From the NCBI RefSeq assembly GCF_009914755.1, contig NC_060927.1: a DNA stretch of 64,000 nt; one strand, given 5' to 3'. The position numbers were made by a program, and so were the translations under genes. A model generated the notes under the pieces. The model worked only from the letters and a program-made list of their open reading frames with translations, did not search any database and was not told the origin of the DNA. Source of the stretch: the human T2T-CHM13v2.0 reference genome, Homo sapiens. This document shows, one piece after another, positions 1 to 14,678 of the stretch (position 1 is its first letter; the number at the start of each line of letters is the position of its first letter).

Positions 1-270
1 TTCACTTATTTTAGTCCTTTTTTTTTTAGGTTTTGAAATTTCTTTTTTTTAAAAATTTTATTATTATTATACTTTAAGTTTTAGGGTACACGTGCACAAC
101 GTGCAGGTTTGTTACATATGTATACATGTGCCGTGTTGGTGTGCTGCACCCATTAACTTGCCATTTAGCATTAGGTATATCTCCTAATGCTATCCCTCCC
201 CTCTCCCCCCACCCCACAACAGTCCCCAGAGTGTGATGTTCCCCTTCCTGTGTCCATGTGTTCTCATTGT

Positions 271-2655
<2,385 letters not shown>

Positions 2656-2718
2656 TATGATGTTAGCTGGTTATTTTGCTCATTAGTTGATGCAGTTTCT
2701 TTCTAGCATTGATGGTCG

Positions 2719-3735
2719 TTAGAATTTGGCATGTGTTTGCAGTGGCTGGTACTGGTTGTTCCTTTCCATGTTTAGTGCTTCCTTCAGGAGCTCTTTTAGG
2801 GCAGGCCTGGTGGTGACAAAATCTCTCAGCATTTGCTTGTCTGTAAAGTATTTTATTTCTCCTTCACTTATGAAGCTTAGTTTGGCTGGATATGAGATTC
2901 TGGGTTGAAAATTCTTTCCTTTAAGAATGTTGATTATTGGTCCCCACTCTCTTCTGGCTTGTAGAGTTTCTGCCAAGAGATCCTCTGTTAGTCTGATGGG
3001 CTTCCCCTTGTGGGTAACCAGACCTTTCTCTCTGGCTGCCCTTAACATTTTTTCCTTCATTTCAACTTTGGTGAATCTGACAATTATGTGTCTTGGAGTT
3101 GCTCCTCTCGAGGAGTATCTTTGTGGTGTTCTCTGTATTTCCTGAATTTGAATGTTGGCCTGCCTTGCTAGATGGGGGAAGGTCTCCTGGATAATATCCT
3201 GCAGAGTGTTTTCCAACTTGGTTCCATTCTCCCTGTCACTTTCAGGTACACCAATCAGATGTAGATTTGGTCTTTTCACATAATCCCATATTTCTTGGAG
3301 GTTTTGTTCGTTTCTTTTTATTCTTTTTTCTCTAAACTTCTCTTCACGCTTCATTTCATTCATTTTGTCTTCCATCGCTGATACCCTTTCTTCCAGTTGA
3401 TCGCATTGGCTACTGAGGCTTCTGCATTCATCACGTAGCTCTCGTGCCTTGGTTTTCAGCTCCATCAGGTCCTTTAAGGACTTCTCTGCATTGTTTATTC
3501 TAGTTATCCATTCGTCTAATTTTTTTTCAAATGTTTTAACTTCTTTGCCATTGTTTCGAATTTCCTCCTGTAGCTTGGAGTAGTTTGATCGTCTGAAGCC
3601 TTCTTCTCTCAACTTGTCAAAGTCATTCTCCATCCAGCTTTGTTCCGTTGCTGGTGAGGAGCTGCGTTCCTTTGGAGGAGGAGAGGCGCTCTGATTTTTA
3701 GAGTTTCCAGTTTTTCTGCTCTGTTTTTTTCCCAT
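2719..3735 (-). CDS. LINE-1 ORF1p (338 aa), open frame; expression not supported
   Basis: Full-length MGKKQSRKTGNSK...HAKF with coiled coil and the conserved REKG, ARREW and YPAKLS motifs. The L1 internal promoter (5' part of the 5'UTR) is missing. Confidence 0.85.
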   Translation of the reverse strand: MGKKQSRKTGNSKNQSASPPPKERSSSPATEQSWMENDFDKLREEGFRRSNYSKLQEEIRNNGKEVKTFEKKLDEWITRINNAEKSLKDLMELKTKARELRDECRSLSSQCDQLEERVSAMEDKMNEMKREEKFREKRIKRNEQNLQEIWDYVKRPNLHLIGVPESDRENGTKLENTLQDIIQETFPHLARQANIQIQEIQRTPQRYSSRGATPRHIIVRFTKVEMKEKMLRAAREKGLVTHKGKPIRLTEDLLAETLQARREWGPIINILKGKNFQPRISYPAKLSFISEGEIKYFTDKQMLRDFVTTRPALKELLKEALNMERNNQYQPLQTHAKF

Positions 3736-4063
3736 CTTTGTGGTTTTATCTACCTTTGGTCTTTGATGATGGTGAAGTACTGATGGGTTTTTGGTGTGGA
3801 TGTCCTTTCTGTTTGTTAGCTTTCCTTCTAACAGACAGGACCCTCAGCTGCAGGTCTGTTGGAGTTTGCTAGAGGTGCACTCCAGACCCTGTTTGTTTAG
3901 TCCTTTCATTCTTAGTTTGTCTAGCTCATTGTCAATTTTGTCAATGAAACTCAGTTTCACTGATCTTTTTCTATTATCTTTCTAGTCTCTATGTCATTTA
4001 TTTCTGCTCAATCTTTATTATTTCCCTCCTTTTTCTGATTTTGGGCTTAGTTTCTTCTTTTTT

Positions 4064-4365
4064 AAATTTTTATTATTTATAGAGATAGGTCTTGTCCTGT
4101 CACTCAGGCTGGAGTGCAGTGACCCAATCATATCTCACTGCAGTCTCGAACTCTTGGGCTCAAGCATTCCTCCCACCTCAGCCTCCCAAGTAACTGGGAC
4201 TACAGGTGTGAGTCACTGTGCCTGAATAATTTTTAAATTACTTTTTGTAGAGATGGGGTCTTACTATGTTGCCCAGGTTAGTCTTGAATTCCTGGCCTCA
4301 AGTAATCCTCCCACCTCAGCCTCCTGAGTGGCTGGGACTACAGGTGTGAGCCACCATGCGCAGAC
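4064..4365 (-). mobile_element. AluJ
   Basis: Diverged antisense Alu dimer with CpG loss and J-type motifs (GGGCTCAAGCATTCCTCC). Confidence 0.85.
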
Positions 4366-5989
4366 AGTTTGTTTTTCTTTTTCTAGTCCTTTGAGGTGTG
4401 AAGTTAAGTTTTTTATTTGAGATCTTTCTTTTTTCTTAATGTAGGCATACATTGCAATAAACTCCCCTCTTAGCACTGTTTTTGCTGCATCCCTTAAGTT
4501 TTGGTATGTGGTGTTTCCATTTTAATTTGTCTCAAGAAACTTTTTGATTTTCTTTTTGATTTTTTTTCTTTGATCTATGGGTTGTTCCAGAGTGTGTTGG
4601 TTCATTTTCATGTATTTGTGAGTTTTCCAAAATTCTTCCTATTATTGTTTTCTAGTCTTATACCATTGTGGACAGAAAAGATAGTTGCTAACACCAAGTA
4701 TCTTATTATTTCCTTCTTTGTGCATGCTTTGGGTTTATTTAGCTCTTCTTTTTTAGTTTCTTGAAGTAGAAATTTAGACTATTTATTTGAGACCTTTTAA
4801 ATTTTTTAACGTGTTTAGTGCTGTAAATTTTCCTGTCAGCACTATTTTAGCGGCCTCACTCATATCTTGATAGACTACTACATTTTTGTTTTCATTCACT
4901 TGTATATTTTGCTTTATTTCTTCCAAAACTTCATCTTTGATCCATGCATTGTTTTGATCAATCACGGATTGATTCTTTTATTATTATGTCATGTCCCTCT
5001 TTGTCTCTAGAAGTGTGCTGTTTAATTTCCAAGTGTTTTCCTGTTGTCGTGGTCAAAGAACAGATCTCGTAATCTTATATAATTTCAATTTTTAAAAATA
5101 TGTTGGGGTGTTATTTTTGGCCCAGGATATTGTCAATTTTGGTAAATATTCCATGGGCACTTAAAAAATGTGAATTCTGCTGTTGTCAGGTGGAATGTTC
5201 TATAAATGTCAATTGCTCCTGATGATTGATTGTGCTGTTCAGTTCTTCTATATCCTTGCTGTTTCTCTGTCTAATAGTTCTATAAGTTACCGAGAGTAGG
5301 GTGTGGAAGTTCCGTATACACTTGTGAATTTGTCTATTTTTCCTTTCATGTTTATCACTTTTTGCATCATGTATTTTTATGCTCTATTGTTTGGTGCATA
5401 CACCTTTAGGATCATATGTATTCCTCATGGATTAATTCTTTTATTATTATGTCATGTCTCTCTTTGTCTCTAGTAATTTTCTTTGCTCCAAAGCCTGCTT
5501 TATATTATATTCACATAGTCACTCCTCCTTTTTTTCAATTATTATTAAGGCTTGCATAGTATATCGTGTCCCAGCCTTTTACTTTTAACTTACCTATGCT
5601 GCTATATCTAAAGTGAGTTTCTTGTAGCAGCATGTTCTTAAATAATGGTTATTTTATTCACTTTGCCAATTTTTGCTTTTTAATTGGAATATTTCAACAA
5701 TTTACATTTAAGGTAATTATTGATATGTTAGGGCATTCTAAGTCTGCCATTTTATTACCTATTTTCTGTTTGTTCCCTCCATTTCTTGTACCCTGGTTTC
5801 TCTTTTCTTGTCTTCCTGTGGGTTACTTGGACATTTTTAATAATTTCATCTTGATTTATTTATAGTGTTTTTAGTATGTCGCTTGGTATGTTTATCTTAG
5901 TCATCGTTCTATGTATAAGTATGTTCTTAGCATGGATACATATAACTTATCACAGTCTACTGGTATTGATATTTTACCAGTCCAAATGA

Positions 5990-6370
<381 letters not shown>

Positions 6371-6517
6371 CCTCCTCACTTTTCAATAATAATAGTCCTA
6401 AGTATTTTCTCTTTGTACATTAAATACCACATCAGATGGTGCTAAACTTTTTGCTTCAAGTGTTAAGTGTAATTTTAGAAGCTCATGAAAAGAAGAATGG
6501 TCTACAATATTTACCCA

Positions 6518-6678
6518 TGTGTGTGTGTATATATATATGTGTGTATATATATACACACACATATATATGTATATGTATGTGTATATATACACACATATAT
6601 GTATATATACACACACACATATATGTGTATATATATATACACATATATATACACATATATATATACACATATATATAT

Positions 6679-6709
<31 letters not shown>
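6518..6709. repeat. Compound (TA)n/(TG)n/(CA)n microsatellite at an Alu tail
   Basis: About 190 nt of alternating purine-pyrimidine sequence abutting the poly-T of the next Alu. Confidence 0.95.
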
Positions 6710-6710
<1 letters not shown>

Positions 6711-7005
6711 TTTTTTTTTTTTTGCGACAAAGTCTCGCTCTGTCACCCAGGCTGGAATGCAGTGAGGTGATCTCAGCTCACTGAAACCTCCACCTCCTGG
6801 GTTCAAGCCATTCTCCTGCCTCAGCCTCCCAAGTATCTGGGATTATAGGCACCCGCCACCACACCCAACTCATTTTTGTGCTTTTAGTAGAGATAGGGTT
6901 TCACCATGTTGGCCAGGCACGTCTCAAACTCCTGACCTCAAGTGATCAGCCCGCCTCCGCCTCCCAAAGTGCTGGGATTACAGGCATGAGCCACTGCACC
7001 CGGCC
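6710..7005 (-). mobile_element. AluS (Sx-like)
   Basis: Full antisense Alu with CCTGACCTCAAGTGATC. Confidence 0.9.
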
Positions 7006-7840
7006 TACCCTTATTTTTAGTAATTCCATTCTTATTTTTTTTTCTGAAGTTCCAAGTCTTCTATTATAATTTCCTTTCTGTTCAGATAACTTCTTTAGCT
7101 ATTTTTACAGGTAGGCTTGCTTGCAATAAATTCTTTTAACTTTCCTTTGTTGAGGAACGTCTTTATTTTCTCTTTATTCATAAAGGATATTTTCATAAGA
7201 TTTAGAATTCACAGTTAACATTTATTTTCTTTCAGCCCTTGAAAAATATTGTGCCATTTCCTTCTGGTCTCCATGGATTCGTATGTCAAATATGCAGTCA
7301 TTCATGTTGATATTCATCTATCTATAAGTAATGTGTCATTTCTCTCTGGAAGCATTCAAGATTTGTTTGTTTGTTTTTAGTTTTCAGGAATGTAAGTATT
7401 ATGTGTCTTTGCATGGATTTCTTTAGGTTTATCCTATGTCAGATTTGAGAAGTTTTCAGCCATTATTTCTTTGAACACTTTTTTCATATCCATTCTTTTT
7501 TTCCTCTTCTTTTGGGACTTTGATGATATGAATGCTATCCCTTTTGTTATTATTCTACAGATTCCTGAGACACTGTTCATTTTTTTTCAGTCTATTTTCT
7601 CTCTGTTTAGATTGTGTTTTCATCTCTCCTCAAGTTTACTGATTTTTATCCTCTATCACCTCCATTCTACTATTAAGCCCATCCAGCAAATTTTTTATTT
7701 CAGTTATTTTAGTTTTCAGTTATATAATTTTCATTTGATTATTTTGATAAGGTCTGTGTCTCTGATGAAATCATTTATTTAAAAAAATGTCAAGGGATCA
7801 TTAATTTCTTGTTGAAACATTTTTATGATGGCTACTATAA

Positions 7841-8177
<337 letters not shown>

Positions 8178-8291
8178 GTGTTTTCTTCTTAAAGCTGTGA
8201 TTTTCCTGGTTCTTGCTATGGCAAATGAGATTTTTACTGTGTATCTAAACATTTAAATATATTTTAGTAGATTTTAAGTCCTATTTAATTA

Positions 8292-8452
8292 TCTTTTTCT
8301 TCTTCTTCTTCTTCTTCTTCTTCTTCTTCTTCTTCTTTCTTTCTTTCTTTCTTTCTTTCTTTTCTTCTTCTTCTCCTCTTCTTCTTCTTCTTTCTTTCTT
8401 TCTTTTCTCCTCCTCCTCCTCCTCCTCCTCCTCCTCCTCCTCCTCCTCCTCC

Positions 8453-8499
<47 letters not shown>

Positions 8500-8594
8500 T
8501 TCTTCTTCTTCTTCTTCTTCTTCTTCTTCTTCTTCTTCTTCTTCTTCTTCTTCTTCTTCTTCTTCTTCTTCTTCTTCTTCTTCCTTTCTCCTTC
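8292..8594. repeat. Polypyrimidine/polypurine tract: (CTT)n, (CTTT)n, (CTC)19, (CTT)35
   Basis: 303 nt with only C/T on the plus strand. Pure CTT run at 8478-8582 and CTC run at 8407-8463. Confidence 0.97.
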
Positions 8595-8639
8595 GAATAG
8601 TCCCTCTGTTGAAGTGTAGTGTGAGGAGCAGATTAGTGT

Positions 8640-9510
8640 GTATGTTTATTTTCCAGCTAGGCCCCACTAACATCACTGGCAAAAATAGAGGATTGACTCA
8701 CATTGCCTTTTTAAAGATGGGTGTGGTGGAAGTTCAGCTCCCCACTGGGTCTCCCTGATACCTTGGGTCTTGGCGATACCTCTGGGTGAAAGTGGGACAC
8801 CAACAGACACTGCCTCCCTTGAGTGGAGGTGTAAGCTGTGCTCCCTGCTGGGTAGGGGAGGGACTCCCTGACACTGGTAGGGGAGATGAAAAGTTAAGTG
8901 GCTAGCCCTACCTCACACTGTTTTATTCAGTCTCGTTGATGCTGGGCAGGGTGGAGGATCAGTTCCTTGGGTCCCCACTGACACCAAGAGGTGGGGAGAC
9001 AAGACAGCCTACCAGCTCTCCTTCATGCCATCTTGTTCAGCCTTTTTGCTGCTGGGTAGTTGGGGAGGTTTAGTTCCCCACTGGGCCCTACTGAGACCAG
9101 GCATGGGGGGAAAGTGGAGCACTTGCACTTACTAGACCTAATTTGCATTGCTTTGTTCAGTCTCATTAATGCTGGGTGAAGGTGGAGGCTCAGGGTACTG
9201 CTGAACCCTGCTAACATGGCTACCTTGGTCCTGGCAGGGGATCTCTGGGTACTGCCTGCTTTCACAGAGCAGAATATGGTAGATCAGCTCTCTGCTCCGC
9301 CCCTCTAAACACCACCCAGTGGAAGAATTGGAGCACAGCCTACTTCTGCCATATGGGGGATGGAAGGTTAGCATCCCTGTGGGCCCTGCTGACACTGGCA
9401 CCATCGAGCAGAGTAATCAGAGAAGCACTGCTGCCCACTTCCACATGTGCAGGCTGGGCAGGATGGAAAGCAGCTTCCTGCTTGGCCCCGCTGAAATTAC
9501 GTGTGTGTGC
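8640..9510 (-). repeat. Degenerate ~100-bp tandem monomer array, probably an ancient L1M 5'UTR
   Basis: Recurring motif resembling GGTGGAGG-TCAGCTCCCCACTGGGCCCYRCTGACACC near 8730, 8835, 8955, 9065, 9185, 9280, 9365 and 9468. Confidence 0.7.
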
Positions 9511-9970
9511 GTGCTGTGGAGGAGGGAAGGTTGTGAGATTTTGCTGTGGGTATTTGGCTGGAGTACCACACATAGTGCCACAAAGGTTTTCTCTAGTTTG
9601 GCCACCCCTTTCCCAGGCTTTTGGTTAGGGGGAAGAGGCTTTCCTTGTAGTTTTTAAAAAATCTGTGCCTATTGGCAGTTCCAGGTTGGAGGCTCCTGTA
9701 GCCCTATCTATGTCCAGAATATATGTGAGGCAATAAGCAAACCCAGAGAACTCAGTGCCACATCATTTCTCAAGTCCCAAAGTTCTTTGGAAGTCACCTT
9801 TCTCCCCACTGTTCAGTCTTCCTATGCTTTGTAATGTCCAGGGGTTTTTAAAGTTGTAAGAAAAGGGACCTGGGAGGAAACAAAGCTGCTCCATCTTGGT
9901 CACAAGCAGAAGTCATAATTCATAGCATTTGAATACTTCCAGGAGCACTGGAGATCATCTACAGAATTTA

Positions 9971-10327
<357 letters not shown>

Positions 10328-10339
10328 GAAAGGAAAAGA

Positions 10340-12320
10340 GAGAAACCTATAAATACCGATTTACAGTTATTCTCTGTTCCCAGCTCCAGCCAACTATTGA
10401 TCTGCTTTCTGCCTCTATAAATGTATTCTTTTTGGATGTTTCATGTAAATGGAATCACACAACATGTGGTTTCTTGTGTCTGACTTATTTTGCTCAGCAG
10501 TTGCTTTGAGGTTCACTCATCACACAGCATGTGTTAGTGATTCACTCCTTTTTATTGCCCAATAGCATTCCATTGTATGGGTATACATTTTGTCTATTTA
10601 TTTGCCATCTGATAGATATTTATGTTTCTGCTTTTTGGCTTTTATGAATGTGTTAGTTGGTTCTCATGCTGCTATAAAGATACTACCTGAGACTGGGTAA
10701 TTTATAAACAGAAGACATTTAACTAACTAACAGTTCCACATGTCTAGGGAGGCCTCAGGAAACTTGCAATCCTGGTGGAAGAGGGGAACCAAGGCAAGTC
10801 TTACCTGGTGGCAGGCAGAGAGAGTACAAGGGGGGAACTGCCAAACACTTTTAAACCCATCAAATCTTGTGAGAACTCACTCACTATCATGAGAACTGCA
10901 GGGGGAAACCACCCCCATGATCCAATCACCTCCCACCAGGTCCCTCCCTCCCCACATTTGAGGATTACAATTTGCGATGAGATTTGGGTGGGGACACAGA
11001 ACCAAACCATGTCAATGAATAATGTTGTTGTAAGCATGTGCAATTTTTTTTACGGACATATGTTTTCATTTCTCTTGGATATATCCCTAGAAATGGAATT
11101 GCTAGGTCAGATGAACCCTCTATATTTAACATTTTGAGAAAATGCTAAATTGTTTTCCAAAGCAGCTATACCATTTTTTATCCCTACCAGCAATGCATGA
11201 GGGTTTAATTTCTCCACACCCTTCCTAACACTTGCTGTTGTGTGTCTCATTTATTACAGCCCTTTTGGTATGTGTGAAATGGCATCTCATTGTGGCTTTA
11301 ATTTGCAATTGCATTTCCCTAATGACTAATGATGTTGAGCATCTTTTCATACTTTATTAGCCTTTCATGTATCTTCTTTGGTGAAATGTCTGTTAATATT
11401 TTTTGCTTATTATTTTTAATTTTTATTTTGTAATTGTAAATTGACAAACTATTGTTGTACACAAAGTTTTGTTATAATGTATAAATACAATGTGGAATAA
11501 TCAAATCAAGCTAATTAACATATCCATCACCTCAAGTACTTACATTTTGTGTTAAAAAATTTGAAATTTACTCTCTTAGCAATTTTGAAATGTACAACAT
11601 ATTATTATTTACTATATTCACCAAGCTATGCAATATACCTCAAAGAAATCAAAAATTATTCCTCCATGTAATTGAGGCTTTATGGCTATTTTTTTTCTTT
11701 TAACTTTTGTTTTAGGTTCTGGGGTTCATGTGCAGGTTTGTTATGTAGGTAAACTCGTGTCATCACAGGGGTTTGGTGTACAGATTGTTTCCTCACCCAG
11801 GTACTAAGCATAGTACCCGATAAGTATTTTTTTCTGAACTTTTCCCTCCTCCCACCCTCCACCTTCAAGTAGGCCCCAGTGTCTGTTGTTCCCCTCTTTG
11901 TGTCCATGTGTTTTTATTATTTAGCTTCCACTTATAAGTGAGAGCATGCATCTATCTTTGATTGTTTTTTTACAATTGAGTTATACAAGCACTCTCTAAA
12001 TTCTGGTACCAGCTTTTTATCATAAATGTGTTTTGCAAATATTTCTCCCAGTGTTTTTCCTGTCCTTCCATTTTCTTAATGGTATCTTTTGAAGTGCAAG
12101 GTTTTCAATTTTGATGAGGTCTATTTTATCAATTTTTTCATTTATAAATCACATTTTTAAAAGAAATCTGTCTGGCCCAAAGTCCTAAAGATTTACTTCT
12201 ATGTTTACTTCTAAAAGTTTAATTGTTTCAACTCTTACATTTAAGTCTATGATTTGTTTTCAGTTAATTTTTGTGCATGGTGTGAGGTGAGGGTCCAAGG
12301 TCATTTTTTTTGCATACACA
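10340..12320 (-). mobile_element. Old L1M 3' fragments containing the nested LTR and younger L1 3'UTR pieces (L1MA-like ~11420-11680; old L1PA-like ~11688-11950)
   Basis: L1 3'-end motifs (TTGCATTTCCCTAATGACTAATGATGTTGAGCATCTT; GGGGTTCATGTGCAGGTTTGTTATGTAGGTAAA). Confidence 0.7.
10649..11014 (-). mobile_element. MaLR solo LTR (THE1D/MSTA-like)
   Basis: TG...CA termini, 366 bp, 5-bp TSD ATGAA (10644-10648 and 11015-11019). Hallmark motifs CTGAGACTGGGTAATTTATAAA and GAGATTTGGGTGGGGACACAG. Confidence 0.9.
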
Positions 12321-12397
12321 TAGTTATATTATGAAATGTTTTTCTAGAAGTTAATATGATAATAGCTTAATATTTTATTTTATGAACATACTATAAA

Positions 12398-12593
12398 CAG
12401 TGAGGTCCTGGTAAATATTTGACAATCATCTCTTTTAAAAAAGCCCTGATTTGTAGTATTTGCCAATTTCCCTGTGTAAATATTCCAACAGTGTTTAATT
12501 TAAAGCTACTACATGACATAACATATGGAGTTGGGAAGAAGTCACACCATTGATTCTTATGAATTGCTACAAGCTGGCTCTAGCATATCACTA
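12398..12593 (-). mobile_element. MER63-like hAT DNA transposon
   Basis: Reverse complement of the element at 32835-33032 (CTGGTAAATATTT..., CCCTGATTTGTAG, GGAGTTGGGAAGA). Confidence 0.7.
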
Positions 12594-13182
12594 AATCAAT
12601 TTAACCAATCTCCTGGGTTTTTGTTTTATTTTTGTTTGCTTCTTGTTTTTCTCTCTTTTACCCTCAATATATACAAAAGATGCAAAAAAGAAACAAAAAG
12701 CAGAAACAGTCTATTTTATTCATCGCTATAAATGAATGCTGTATCTCTAGGGAGTTTCTAGTTCTCTCTCCTTAGGAACACAGCTGTGGGCAACATCCTT
12801 GAAGCCTTTCTGTGGTCACATTTAGTAGTGTCTATCACATTTACTTTCAGACAACCCCCTCGCCAGCCTTGCTTCCTTTTAATGATAAAGAAAATCAAGT
12901 TTTGACAAATAGAGTATAAAGCAGCTTGAACTTCTGCAATTTTGCAAAAACACATATACAAAATTTAAATTATAGAGGTGACTTCCCCCCCTTTTTTTTC
13001 TCCCTCTCAAGAACCAAGTATAGAATTAAGCAAATGCTGAGGAGGAAAATAGTTGTCTTGACAGGCAGTGGAAGTCAAGTGTGAATGGCCACAATGTGTC
13101 AGCTTCCTGAAAGTGTCTTGTACATAAGAGTACTGCAAAGAAATCACTGGAGTGTGACACTGTTTCAGATAAATATATCTGA

Positions 13183-13521
<339 letters not shown>

Positions 13522-14269
13522 AATAGATATTTTTAATAAGTAGTTATTAGATGCCTATCTGTAGCTCTGTGGAGCCCACATAGCTTTATCCACATTGTTA
13601 CAAATGGGAAGCAGCAGAGGCCTGGGATCTGGGAGAGCAGTGAGCCATGGGGGATTTGGAGGAGAAAGGGCACTAAGTTGTATGGGGATAAGAGGGTTTT
13701 GAGCAACTGTCACTATTTGGCAAGACCTTTATTCAATATAATTACCATTATTTAAAGTACCCCTTTCTATTACTATGAAAAGTGAGGCTCAGAGAGATGT
13801 GAAAGTGCTTACACAGGGACTTCTGGCTTACAAATACCTGCTTTTTAAACTCTGTGCTCAGAGTGTGCATTGGGAGTCACCTCATGAAGTGGAGACTCAA
13901 GCTCAGTGACTCATCACAGCCTCCTGCTCTGGCCCCATGTCCCAGTCAGCCCACTCACTGCCCCATGCTCCCCCTCTCACTCCTGCTCCCCTGCACATGA
14001 CGGGAGTCATACTAACCTTTGTGCAGGTCCCAGAGAGAGTCATGCTTCTGGCCTTCATTCACTCCACACCCTTACCCCGGAATGTTCATCCCACTGTGTT
14101 CTTCTAAGAAGCAACTGCTCATCTTTTTCTTTTCTCTGTCTCCTTCTCACTCTCTTTCCCCAACTTTCCCCCCATTAGACTTCTTCTCCTTCTTGCCCTT
14201 TCTCCTTCCTTTCTTTCTTTTCACAAAGAATAGTTTTTCTTATGATGTGGCCATTTTAAAAGTTGGATA

Positions 14270-14560
14270 GGCCAGCCTGGTGGCTCATGCCTGTAATCCC
14301 AGCACTTTGGGAGGCCAAGGCAGGAGTATCCCTTGAGGCCAGGAGTTCAAGACCAGCCTGGGCAACAAAGCAAGATCCTGTCTCTACAAAGGATAAAAAT
14401 AAAGTATTAGCTGGGTGTAGTGACATGGGTCTGTGGTCCCAGCTACTGAGGAGGTTGAGGCGGGTGGATCTCTTGGGTCCAGGAGTTCAAGACCGCAGTG
14501 AACTGTGGTCACCACTGCACTCCAGCCTGGATGACAGAGTGAGATCCTGCTCTAAAAAAA
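14270..14560 (+). mobile_element. AluJ
   Basis: Diverged sense Alu dimer. Confidence 0.85.
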
Positions 14561-14661
14561 TATATGTATTTTTTTTTTCAGTTAGATAGCACTGAAAGCA
14601 TACAGAAGAAAATTAACATCACTCATTTGCGATGACTTTATACAATGTCAGTTTAAACGGG

Positions 14662-14678
14662 AACTACATTTCCCAGAA
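14662..14678 (+). promoter_or_regulatory. ZNF143/THAP11-type composite motif (ACTACAnnTCCCAG)
   Basis: AACTACATTTCCCAGAA closely matches the long GFY-Staf promoter motif and heads a CpG-enriched unique segment. Confidence 0.55.

Noticed and set aside
6398-6806. Cluster of overlapping Y/I/H/C/V-rich ORFs on both strands
   Set aside because: Stop-free dinucleotide microsatellite plus Alu sequence.
8281-8682. 133-aa poly-Glu/Lys ORF
   Set aside because: It is just the translation of the GAA/GAG tract, with no splice or promoter context.
8640-9510. Repeat-spacer appearance resembling a CRISPR array
   Set aside because: Human DNA, highly degenerate repeats, irregular spacing and no cas genes. 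An L1 5'UTR monomer array explains it better.
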